IMG/VR virus record: IMGVR_UViG_3300025358_000031
Span: 1-30,739 of that record
Source of the DNA: a virus
Lineage: Duplodnaviria > Caudoviricetes
DNA: 30,739 nucleotides
Direction: 5' to 3' (one strand)
Position numbers and translations under genes: made by a program. Positions 14,413 through 23,800 of the stretch are shown here, piece after piece. Below the pieces are notes generated by a model. The model was not told the DNA's origin. It ran no database searches and worked only from the letters and a program-made list of their open reading frames with translations. Each line of letters starts with the position of its first letter. Position 1 is the first letter of the stretch.

Positions 14413-15301
14413 TTTTCTTTATCCATTCTTCTAGGTTTACTTTAGAACTCCAACCAAAAGTTTTTTTCATTTTATCTGTATTTGATAAAGTTTCTTTTGA
14501 TTCACCTAGTCTTGATGGTATAAAAACTAGATTGTCAGAAATCATTGCTGCTATTTGATTAACAGAATAATTAATACCACTTCCTATATTATATACCTCG
14601 CCGAACGATTCTGTCAATACATCTGTGGTTGCTGCTAATATATTTGCTCTTACAACATCCGATACGTGGATAAAGTCTCTTCTTTGTTCCCCGTCTCCCA
14701 CAATAGTAAGTGCTTTTTTATCATTTTTTTGTTTTATAAATAATCCAATTACAGGTGCATACTGACCTTTGGCTGGCTGTCTTTCTCCATAAACATTAAA
14801 ATACCTAAATATTATTGTTGGAAGATTAAATAACTCTGTATACATTTTGCAAAGTTTTTCACCATTTACTTTAGAAACCGCATATGGGTTTAAGCAATCG
14901 TCTGGTTGAATCTCTATATTTGGTATTGGATTTCTTCCATACCCAGATGATGTTGAAGAATAGATTACTCTTTTAACACCTGATTCTTTTGAACATTGAA
15001 GAACTGTAGCTGTTCCTACAGAATTAATACTTACAGCATTTATGGGGTTATTAATTGCTGATTGAATTTTTGATTCTGCAGCTATATGAAAAACAAAATC
15101 TATGTTGTTATATAAAGCACGAGTATTTTCATAATCTCTAATATCAAACTTATAATTAACTGCTTTGCTATTCCAAAAAAATTCTTCATGAGAATCTGAA
15201 GATTCATTATCTATAACAACAACTTCATGTCCTAAATTAATAAGTTCATCAACTAAATTAGATCCTATGAATCCTGCTCCACCAGTTACCAATGCTTTCA
15301 T
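14405..15301 (-). CDS. NAD-dependent nucleotide-sugar epimerase/dehydratase
   Basis: VTGGAGFIGS, YAVSK (YxxxK), RYFNVYG, GDGEQRRDFIHV; real start MKALV after AGGAGG. Confidence 0.93.
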   Translation of the reverse strand: MKALVTGGAGFIGSNLVDELINLGHEVVVIDNESSDSHEEFFWNSKAVNYKFDIRDYENTRALYNNIDFVFHIAAESKIQSAINNPINAVSINSVGTATVLQCSKESGVKRVIYSSTSSGYGRNPIPNIEIQPDDCLNPYAVSKVNGEKLCKMYTELFNLPTIIFRYFNVYGERQPAKGQYAPVIGLFIKQKNDKKALTIVGDGEQRRDFIHVSDVVRANILAATTDVLTESFGEVYNIGSGINYSVNQIAAMISDNLVFIPSRLGESKETLSNTDKMKKTFGWSSKVNLEEWIKKNA

Positions 15302-15317
15302 TTTTCCTCCTATTATT

Positions 15318-16031
15318 TTAAATACAGTATTTTTTATAAAAATATTGCATTGCCGAACCTTCAGGTAAATTATTTTTATCAATGTTGTTTCTTGTACACA
15401 TTTGATTATATACAGATATTGACTTTGAAGTGTTGTATAAATCAAGTATTTTATTTAAAGAATTAGGATCCCACAAAGAATGCCAATCTTGAAAATTTAT
15501 ACCTAAAAATATTTTTTGATCGTAAGCATACTCCATATAATTAAATTTTTTAAAAGCTTGATTTAATAATTTTGGCCCCATATCAGACCAGCTCATATGC
15601 TCTTTATCTATCTTATTTACTTCATATATTAAATAATTTATTATTTCCGAGTCTTTATTTAAACTAAGTACTCCCCCAACTACGCAAAAATCATTATATC
15701 CTAGTTCAATAGATGCAAATATATTATCTTTAAATTCCCAATTATCTGATAAACAAATTGTATCTGCATCAACCCATATTTTTCCAGTCTTTTTTATCAT
15801 GTTATATCTAAATACATCTGAAAACGCAGCATAAGAATTTTCAACTTTAAATAAAGATTCTTCTGAAAGAATATCTTTGGCGTCTGCTTTCTTTACTCCT
15901 TCTGGAACAATAATTGATTGATCATAAACATAAAGTGTTATATCATGACCATAAAAAACAAATGATGATAGGGATATTTCTTGTATCTTTGTTAATGTAC
16001 CACCTACCCACAATGATGCAAAAGTATTCAT
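15318..16031 (-). CDS. DxD-motif glycosyltransferase (GT32-like)
   Basis: SLWVG...SLSSF, FSDVFRY, G.IWVDAD, W..MGP.LL. Confidence 0.82.
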   Translation of the reverse strand: MNTFASLWVGGTLTKIQEISLSSFVFYGHDITLYVYDQSIIVPEGVKKADAKDILSEESLFKVENSYAAFSDVFRYNMIKKTGKIWVDADTICLSDNWEFKDNIFASIELGYNDFCVVGGVLSLNKDSEIINYLIYEVNKIDKEHMSWSDMGPKLLNQAFKKFNYMEYAYDQKIFLGINFQDWHSLWDPNSLNKILDLYNTSKSISVYNQMCTRNNIDKNNLPEGSAMQYFYKKYCI

Positions 16032-16699
16032 TACAATATAACCCTTTCATCTATGTGTTGAAATGTTGATGTTGTTTCATACAAACTACAACCTTGAGGT
16101 GCATATGGTGCTAAAGTATAGGATTTAAATCTGTCTGGCTGTCTAAATATATACCAGTCTATAGGCATGTTGATTCCAGTTTCTTTTACAGAGTCCAGCA
16201 TCTTTTTAGCACCCTGCTTGTTTAAAAGATAGCATAGCATTGACCAATCTTGATATGCTGGCACTATTCTTGCACCATTATAAATATTATTAAAAAGACT
16301 AAACTGATTTGAATGACAAAAATAAATAAATACATCCCAATCTTCTGGCATATCCTTCAGGTAGGCATCTAACAACTGTACAAAATTTTCATTATAGCTA
16401 ATGTCATCTTCCATCAACATTAATACATCATAGTCTGATTCAAGAAAATTTTGCATTGCCAGCAGATTGCTTGCCCAAATCCCCAACTCCCCATATTTAA
16501 ATGAATCTGTTGGGTTTAACAATCCGTATTTTTTATTAAAATCTTCATATTGTGTTTGATTCATAATCTGAATAGTTGGCGTATCTAATTCATTAAATAC
16601 ATTATTTAAATAATTATTAATTTTATAATTTAACTCTGATCTTATTGCTGCAGAATCTCCCATACCTTCAATATGGAATACTTTATAGCAAAGTTTCAT
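16031..16699 (-). CDS. glycosyltransferase family 25-like
   Basis: GELGIWASN, LMLMEDD, YLLNKQGAKKML, PIDW. Confidence 0.8.
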   Translation of the reverse strand: MKLCYKVFHIEGMGDSAAIRSELNYKINNYLNNVFNELDTPTIQIMNQTQYEDFNKKYGLLNPTDSFKYGELGIWASNLLAMQNFLESDYDVLMLMEDDISYNENFVQLLDAYLKDMPEDWDVFIYFCHSNQFSLFNNIYNGARIVPAYQDWSMLCYLLNKQGAKKMLDSVKETGINMPIDWYIFRQPDRFKSYTLAPYAPQGCSLYETTSTFQHIDERVIL

Positions 16700-16860
16700 T
16701 ACTTAGCCCACTTCCTCTGTTTCTTGATAAGACCAAATCTTTCTAGTGATCTCTGAATAGTCATATGAGAGCATTTAGCTTCCATTGCCATATCAACAAT
16801 CTTTTTCTTTTCTACTACATATCTCTTGTAACACCACTCTTTAGAATCATATAATTTCAT
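16699..16860 (-). CDS. small HTH DNA-binding protein, 53 aa (not in ORF track)
   Basis: MKLYDSKEWCYKRYVVEKKKIVDMAMEAKCSHMTIQRSLERFGLIKKQRKWAK; TAATG-coupled to the next gene. Confidence 0.75.
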   Translation of the reverse strand: MKLYDSKEWCYKRYVVEKKKIVDMAMEAKCSHMTIQRSLERFGLIKKQRKWAK

Positions 16861-17404
16861 TTACTGCATACCATGCTATTCCCGCCGCATCAGCGACATT
16901 ATCGGACTCAGTTTTAACGCCCATATTTCTAACAAAGTCAATCGTCCTTTGTTTTCTTCTTTCTCTGATTTTCGCTTTAATCCAGTTATCTGACTTTCCT
17001 GGGAATTCAAGTTTAATCGCCTCTTTCTCTGCCTTAGTATAATTCTTGTTTCCAAGATATGACTGCCAGGTTATGGGGTGAACCTCCACCACCTCAACAT
17101 TATCACTAAGTAACTCTCCCATTATAGCACCAAATACGTATGCCATCTTAATTCCTGTCTGTACAGATCTTACTGTAATTGCGGCTTCAATAACAACAAA
17201 GTCTGTGTCTAATTGGTTTTTAAATGATTTAATCTTACGCTTTGCATCAAGTATTCTTTCATAGACATCCGCCCCTTCAAACACAACCTCTCCCCATTTA
17301 ACTGGCTTTTTACCGTTCATAAGGCAAAAAGCAAGGCTATTAGTACTTGCATCTATAGCAAGTACCTTAGTTCCTCTGGGTTTTACAAGACTAGCCAGTG
17401 ACAT
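16847..17404 (-). CDS. ruvC: RuvC-like Holliday junction resolvase
   Basis: VLAIDAS, VVIEA, P.TWQ, DNVADAAGI. Confidence 0.8.
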   Translation of the reverse strand: MSLASLVKPRGTKVLAIDASTNSLAFCLMNGKKPVKWGEVVFEGADVYERILDAKRKIKSFKNQLDTDFVVIEAAITVRSVQTGIKMAYVFGAIMGELLSDNVEVVEVHPITWQSYLGNKNYTKAEKEAIKLEFPGKSDNWIKAKIRERRKQRTIDFVRNMGVKTESDNVADAAGIAWYAVNEII

Positions 17405-17684
17405 TATTTATCATATCCAATATAGCTTGTCTTTCTGCTTCTTTGGCAGAACTTACACATTTGTCACAAATATTACCTTCGTTATATCTACTTAATATAA
17501 CATTGCATCCACGATTCTTGCATATTCTTTGCTTACCCGCCAATCTAGCTTTCTTTTCATAGTAAGCCTCTTTAAGCTTTTGATTAGTAGCTATTCGGCA
17601 GCACTCATCTGAACAATACTTTTGATTATGGGTCTTTGGCTCAAATTCTCTTTGACCCTCACATTTATCATAGGCACATATCAT
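17391..17684 (-). CDS. Cys-rich zinc-binger-type hypothetical protein (multiple Cys clusters)
   Basis: C....C...F.P....QKYCS..C followed by C....C...C..C. Confidence 0.7.
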   Translation of the reverse strand: MICAYDKCEGQREFEPKTHNQKYCSDECCRIATNQKLKEAYYEKKARLAGKQRICKNRGCNVILSRYNEGNICDKCVSSAKEAERQAILDMINNVTG

Positions 17685-18466
17685 TTTTCAAGCACCAATG
17701 CTTCTATATCAACTTCACCAAGATCCTTTTTATCTTCCCAGCAAACTTTCTTGACTGGACATCCTTTACAAGCCCATGTTGACTTTGTAAACTTTCTTTC
17801 TGGTAAAGTTCCAGCTTCGTAGGCTGCATATACTTTACGCATCCAATCCCAAACACCGTCAACGAGCTTTTTATTTTTTTCATCCATGTTAATTGGAATA
17901 ATTAAAAAGCTATTATCATTTTTATTTTCATAGAAAAAGAAGCCTTGCTCTGCCCCTCTAATCTTCATGTAAGTCAAAAGCTGAACTTTATGGTATGGCA
18001 ATCCTTGCATTTCTGCTTGTCTGATTGCAAAGATTTCTTCCTTTGCGGACTTTATCTCGCCAACAACTTCTTTACCATTCCACTCTATAAAAGTGTCTGC
18101 AAATCCTCTAATTGGTGGATCATCGTGGGTAACTTCTGTTTCATTTGCTTTGAATACTGGAGTTTTAGCCATGACTTTCTGTATGCGATCATGCACATAC
18201 GTACCGTTATCCATATTAACGACGCCCATAGCATCGGTTTCATTTTCAAACTCAGCACCAGTAAAAGCAATGAACCAATATCTAGGGCAGTTACCATTAC
18301 CATAACCAACAGTACTAGGACTAAAAGTTTTCTTTTGCGTGAATTCATTTGGTCTTTTACCACTTAATACAGCCTCCTCATACATCTCTGCAAACTTAAT
18401 TGGATCAAACCCTTCTGGGTTTGACATCTTTTGAAACTTTAAATTAGCTATTAAATCTCTTCCCAT
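17681..18466 (-). CDS. Cas4-like PD-(D/E)XK exonuclease
   Basis: SPS...CPR, G..VH, GFAD, EIKS, Q...Y, C-terminal C..C....C (Fe-S). Confidence 0.85.
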   Translation of the reverse strand: MGRDLIANLKFQKMSNPEGFDPIKFAEMYEEAVLSGKRPNEFTQKKTFSPSTVGYGNGNCPRYWFIAFTGAEFENETDAMGVVNMDNGTYVHDRIQKVMAKTPVFKANETEVTHDDPPIRGFADTFIEWNGKEVVGEIKSAKEEIFAIRQAEMQGLPYHKVQLLTYMKIRGAEQGFFFYENKNDNSFLIIPINMDEKNKKLVDGVWDWMRKVYAAYEAGTLPERKFTKSTWACKGCPVKKVCWEDKKDLGEVDIEALVLEK

Positions 18467-18792
18467 TATGCTCCATACTTTGCTGAATATTTAAGTGCAT
18501 CAACTAGGCGGTTGATTGCTTCTTCTGCTGTGTAATATACGTTCTTCTTCTTTGAGTTCTCCCCGCCTTTTTCAAAAGTGGTATAGAATCTGGACATGAT
18601 TGCAAATTTTGCAGACAAAGCTTGCATCTTTACAATTAGGTCGGGAGCTTTTGATGAAGGAACATCAGGTTTTGCAATTAACTTAATAATCAAATCAAGA
18701 GCGTAGTCAAGGTCTGGGTCATTCATAAACTGCTTAATATCATTGAACTCTGTAAGTTCGCTGATTAATTCAATAACTGGTTTTTCTGTCAT
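18466..18792 (-). CDS. hypothetical helical protein
   Basis: Coupled ORF in the recombination cluster. Confidence 0.7.
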   Translation of the reverse strand: MTEKPVIELISELTEFNDIKQFMNDPDLDYALDLIIKLIAKPDVPSSKAPDLIVKMQALSAKFAIMSRFYTTFEKGGENSKKKNVYYTAEEAINRLVDALKYSAKYGA

Positions 18793-18971
18793 TCAAGAAT
18801 CCTGACTACAAACTGGCAGGGGTCTCCGCCTGCTTCCCACTCTTCCTCTTCCTCTTCAGAAATTGAAGGTATACCATCATGAGTAGCACAAAATGGTGGA
18901 GTAATCCATCCACGTTCTACACCATTACTAAACCAAATTTGAAACTCGTCTAAGTCTTGATCTTCAATCAT
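18789..18971 (-). CDS. hypothetical protein
   Basis: W...G...GWI...CATHDG.P......E...G.DPC; ATGA overlap. Confidence 0.7.
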   Translation of the reverse strand: MIEDQDLDEFQIWFSNGVERGWITPPFCATHDGIPSISEEEEEEWEAGGDPCQFVVRILE

Positions 18972-19272
18972 TGTGTGTCTCCCAACACTCTATAAGTTGT
19001 TCTAGCAAAGCCCATTCAATTACTGCAAGTCTAGTTTTAGAGCCTTCTCCACCGAGTATAAGCTTGAGAACTGGGCTCTTATTCCTATCCACTTTAAAAG
19101 TGTCTGTACAAATCTTAGCCCAAATAGCTTTTGATATAGAGATTGACTTCTCATACTCTTTATAATCAACCACAAAATTATGCCATTGAGCGTCTCCCTT
19201 TTGGTAATCGCCACGACCAGAATTTTTTTGTCCTTTGGCTCCGTCACGCTTTATTTCTCCTCGCTCTGACAT
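18964..19272 (-). CDS. Hjc-like (PD-(D/E)XK) Holliday junction resolvase
   Basis: SE..E...G.....NSG....KGD.....VVDYK....SISI...W.KI. Confidence 0.65.
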   Translation of the reverse strand: MSERGEIKRDGAKGQKNSGRGDYQKGDAQWHNFVVDYKEYEKSISISKAIWAKICTDTFKVDRNKSPVLKLILGGEGSKTRLAVIEWALLEQLIECWETHND

Positions 19273-19463
19273 TAAAATACCACACTAGACTCATGCTCTT
19301 TTGAGCAAATCCAATATAGACGGCTCTCATCTTTATCAACAAAACCCTCATAAATTATTTCATTGCAATCTGGTGTTTGACATGCAAAAGAACCATTGGC
19401 AGGTTCAACTCTCTTATGTTTCTTAGTGTTGTCCTTATTAAGAAATTGCTCAAGACTTGTCAT
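19272..19463 (-). CDS. small Zn-ribbon hypothetical protein
   Basis: CQTPDC ... WICSKEH. Confidence 0.65.
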   Translation of the reverse strand: MTSLEQFLNKDNTKKHKRVEPANGSFACQTPDCNEIIYEGFVDKDESRLYWICSKEHESSVVF

Positions 19464-20448
19464 AAATTTCTCCCTTAATCTTTTCAGCTACATCTGGATT
19501 TTCCCGCAAATATTCTACAGCTTTTGCACGACCCTGAAAACGTTCTTCATTAACAGTGTACCAAGCACCGCCTTTTTGTACAATGCCCATCATTTCTGCA
19601 GTATCTAGGATCTCCCCGACAGCGTCAACTCCAACTTTATCACCTTGAAAATAAAAGTCGTACTGGCCTGATAAACCCATTGGCCCAGTCTTGTTGTAGT
19701 CAATAATCCAATTGACTGGTCTACCGACTTTTTGTTCAATAATCTTGTCACCAACTTGGACTCCAGACTTAATAGCATTCGCATCAGCTTCCGATGCCCA
19801 GAGTTTAATGACGGTACTGCTAAAAAACTTAACTGCCATTCCGCCTGTAGGGATATGCGATGCATGCATGCTACCGAATTGATTTCTCTGTTGAGAGATA
19901 AGCACGAGTAATGTATTCTTATTGGCATAGTTAAGCATTTTGACTGCATGTGTCATATCCTTTGCTTCTGCACCAATCTGTTTGGTGTCTTCAAGTTTCT
20001 TGAGATCAGAACTATCTTTCTCAAAATAAATTGCGGGAAGTAAAGCTGATATAGAATCTACAACAATAATATCTACTCCAGCCTCCATAAGTTGTTGTGC
20101 AACATCTACCATGTCATTGATAGACTTAGCGGGTGAATAGATTAGTTTTTCTGAATCAACTCCCAAACGAGATGCCCAAGCTGGGTCATAAGATGCCTCT
20201 GCATCAATCCATGCACAAGTCTTACCTTCTTTTTGTGCTTGCCCAATCATTTGTAAACAGAAAGAAGATTTACCAGCAGATTTATTTCCCCAGATAAGAA
20301 CTTGACGACCAAAGCCAAGGCCACCTTTAAGGCCCATGGTCAAACCAATACTAGGAGTCTTTTGTTTTTCTACGCTTACTGTTGTTGCTAGTTGTAGTCT
20401 TGCCCTTGTTTTTGGATCCAGCTTTGCCAGAATCTCTTCCGTTATCAT
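19450..20448 (-). CDS. recA: RecA/UvsX-like recombinase
   Basis: GNKSAGKS Walker A, WIDAE, IIVVDS, SQ.R, PTGG.AVKFFSS, GAWY, QGR. Confidence 0.95.
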   Translation of the reverse strand: MITEEILAKLDPKTRARLQLATTVSVEKQKTPSIGLTMGLKGGLGFGRQVLIWGNKSAGKSSFCLQMIGQAQKEGKTCAWIDAEASYDPAWASRLGVDSEKLIYSPAKSINDMVDVAQQLMEAGVDIIVVDSISALLPAIYFEKDSSDLKKLEDTKQIGAEAKDMTHAVKMLNYANKNTLLVLISQQRNQFGSMHASHIPTGGMAVKFFSSTVIKLWASEADANAIKSGVQVGDKIIEQKVGRPVNWIIDYNKTGPMGLSGQYDFYFQGDKVGVDAVGEILDTAEMMGIVQKGGAWYTVNEERFQGRAKAVEYLRENPDVAEKIKGEIYDKS

Positions 20449-20605
20449 GTAAACTCTTTTCTAATTCTACTGCCAACTCTTTAACTTGTTCATTACGACT
20501 AGTCGCTAAAAAATCTATAATGCTATAGATTGCTTTTTCGTCCTCTGCTCTAATTACTAGCAGGAACTCGTTCTCCGTACCTTTAAGTATGTAGGACTGA
20601 GCCAT
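20351..20605 (-). CDS. hypothetical protein overlapping the recA start
   Basis: ATG 8 nt after TGnTATAAT; helical core, C-terminal tail overlaps recA by 98 nt. Confidence 0.6.
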   Translation of the reverse strand: MAQSYILKGTENEFLLVIRAEDEKAIYSIIDFLATSRNEQVKELAVELEKSLHDNGRDSGKAGSKNKGKTTTSNNSKRRKTKDS

Positions 20606-20625
20606 ATACTTATATTATACACTAT

Positions 20626-20823
20626 TTATTCGGTTTCTGTTGGATTATCAACAAGCTCAAACTTTATTTGATCACTGTCTGGATCTTGAGTTACTGAAAT
20701 GCTCTTGTCTGAATAATTAGTTAACAAGTCTTTCATGCTGACATCAACTGAGCCAAACTTGTTAATAATTGCTGCCAGAATTTGTTCTAGCGATATGTTT
20801 GCATTTGATACATCTTTTTCCAT
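20626..20823 (-). CDS. hypothetical protein
   Basis: AAGGAGG SD; TAATG-coupled to dnaE. Confidence 0.7.
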   Translation of the reverse strand: MEKDVSNANISLEQILAAIINKFGSVDVSMKDLLTNYSDKSISVTQDPDSDQIKFELVDNPTETE

Positions 20824-23800
20824 TAACCTACCTCCTTTACAAATAAGGTTCCATCATCCATTTGTGCAATTGCGGGGTCACAAATCATTCCCGCCTGCAT
20901 TCTACCCAGAGCCTTTGCATATAGCTTAGGGAAAGCAATAACACGCTCTAAGTTCTTATCTGCATCAGAAAGAATAATGTGAGCCATCATCTTGTTTGCC
21001 TTTGTCTTATAATGTGTGAAATCTAAAACAAGCCTCTTGCCACTATCAATTTTTAACTTATCCTTATACAACCATTGTACAAATGGGTCATCTGTTTTGT
21101 CAACCACATCTTGAATTGTTACATACTTATGTATACGGTTATCTCCTACCAAGAAGAAGTACATCATTCCTGGTTCAATCTTTGTGTTGACCTCATGGAA
21201 GATTCCCACCGAACCTGTATCATCTACAAGTTCTACACGAGCCCACGTAGGGCCCTTCTTAATGGATTTAACCATGGCTAGGAGCACGAAACAGCCTTCC
21301 TCAAGGAATTCTTCAAGTGGATTAACCTGAGCCTTGATAGCTGGGCTTAGCTTGCCTGTATCAAACTTTGGGATACCCAAATATTCATAAAGGTTTTCAT
21401 TTTCATTTCCTTTACGCTTGTTATCTGAGAATGCTGCAGCACCAATTGTATTAAGAGAATCTATGGCTCTAGAGTTAATGCCACTACCCTTAACTCCCGC
21501 CTTCTCTGTAAAATCTTTATACGAACTAAATGGGCGGAGTGCAGTGATCTTACTACCAATGTTATCTGAAATATACTTGATATTTGATAGGCCAAATCGG
21601 ATTGAATTTCCTTGAATGCTAAAGTCTAGCTCAGACTCGTTAATATGCGGGAGTAGTACTTTAATGCCCAACCGCTTAGCCTCAAGTAGATAATCCGTCC
21701 TGGCATCCTTGTCTTTCTCATTTTTGAGAACGGCAAACATAAACTCAAGAGGGTAATAGTATTTAAGCCAAGCAGTGTAATAAGACAGCATAGAGTAAGC
21801 AATAGCGTGAGAACGGTTAAAGGAATAGCCCGCATGAGCTTCAAAGTCATGCCATAGTTTGATTGCATCCTCGCTCGTAATATGCTTGCTCGCACCTTGA
21901 ACAAACTGGTCTTTGTAAGCATCAAATTCACTCGCATCCTTTTTCTTACCGATAATCTTACGGACTTTATCAGCATCCGCCCAAGACATACCGCCAAGGT
22001 AAACACAGGCTTGCATAACCTGCTCCTGATATATAATAACACCATATGTTCTTTCGGTAAACTCATGCATGATTGGGTGAGCGTAGGTCACCATTTCTTC
22101 ACCCCTTTTACGGCGAATGTATGAACCACCTACAGTGTTCATTGCACCTGGACGTACCAGTGCGTTAGAAGCTGCAAGGTCTTCAAATGTGCTTACACCC
22201 ATCTTCATCAACAAGTTTGTATAAGGTGTTGCTTCAGCTTGGAAAACACCTTTTGTGAAACCACCCGAAAGCATTTCAAATACCTTTGAGTCGTCAAGCT
22301 TGATATCTTTAAGGTTAATCTTCTTCTTCTTAATATGCTCAATAGTTCTTAAAGCATCATCAATAACAGATAGAGTTTTAAGTCCAAGCACGTCAAGCTT
22401 TATAAGTCCTAGGTCTGCTGTTTGTTCCATGTCGTAAGCTACGACTGGGATGCGACCAGATACAGATTCATTTGGGTCTTTGCGGGTTTCAATTGGAACA
22501 TACTTGCTGATATCATCTCTGGCAACTACTACACCTGCGGCATGCATTCCATTGCCACGAATCTTGCCACGCAACATAGATGCATACTTTGTTACTTCAG
22601 GATACTTTTTTCTAAACTCTTCTGTGCTCTGGCTTGACTCATACTCTTCAAATGTTTCAACACCTTTAAGTGCTTTATTAACTTCTCCGAGTGGTACTAG
22701 GAAAGCTCTTGCAACATCCCGCACAACACCCTTGTCCTTAAAGTATTGGTAAGTAGAAATAGATGCAACATGCTTAAACTTTTTGCGAAGATATTCTTTT
22801 ACTTCACCACGACGACGGTCCATGAAGTCCGTATCAATATCTGGAAAGTCATTACGCTCTGGGTTGATAAAGCGAAAGAAAAGTAGGTCAAACTTAATAG
22901 GGTCTACATCTGTAATACCCATTAGGTAGCATACTAGAGATCCTGCAGCTGATCCTCTGCCTGGGCCAACCATGATTTCATTGTCTTTTGCCCAGCCCAC
23001 CATATCGCCAACAACAAGGAAGTAACTAGCAAAATTTTTGTCAGCGATGACTTGAAGTTCTTCTTGGAGCCTGTTTCTATACGTCTCATTGTCTAATCCC
23101 TTTTCTACTAGAGACTTCTCACACATTTCTTTTACTGTTTTTAAAGCATTCTTTTTTGGTACTGGTAGTAAATCAAGGTTCTCATGAAAATCATAAACCT
23201 CAATCTTGCTTGCAATTTCTACCGATGATTCGTAGATATCCTTGCGTGTAATGCCCGCCTTCTCAAAATCCGCTTTGATTTCTTTGTACGACTGAATGTA
23301 GACATTAATATCTGAGAAACTAATTGGGCGGTCAGGATATAGGTGGTCAAATCTATCAATAACATTAGTGAAAGAACGACCACTTGTATAGTCTGCTTCT
23401 TTGTTTTGCGTGGGCTTAGTTGAAAGGATAAGGAGGAGTTCTTCCAGGTCCCTCTCCTCTTTCTTTGCAAAATGACAATCTCCCGTAGCAACTGGCTTCA
23501 CCCCAAGTTCGTCTGCTAAAGCAAGCAGAGCTGTGTTTAGACTTTCAGGATTATGCGATTGAACTTCAATGTAAAAGTCTTTGCCAAAACGATTCTTAAA
23601 CATCTTGACATACTCTCTTGCCTTATCATTATCTCCACGCTCAATTGCTTTAGAGATAAGACCATTCATGCAACCCGATACTACAATTATACCGTCACCA
23701 AACTCAAAAAGTGCATCAATATCAATGCGGGGCTTGTGATAATATCCTTCTGTCCAAGCAATCTGTGAAAGCTTTTGTAGATTCTTTAGACCTAGGTCAT

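Noticed and set aside
15302-15445. N-terminal extension of the epimerase in the ORF track
   Set aside because: It overlaps the upstream GT; the AGGAGG-led ATG at 15301 starts the Rossmann motif.
17681-18466. CRISPR-Cas system
   Set aside because: The Cas4-like nuclease is standalone; no repeat-spacer array or other cas gene is visible.
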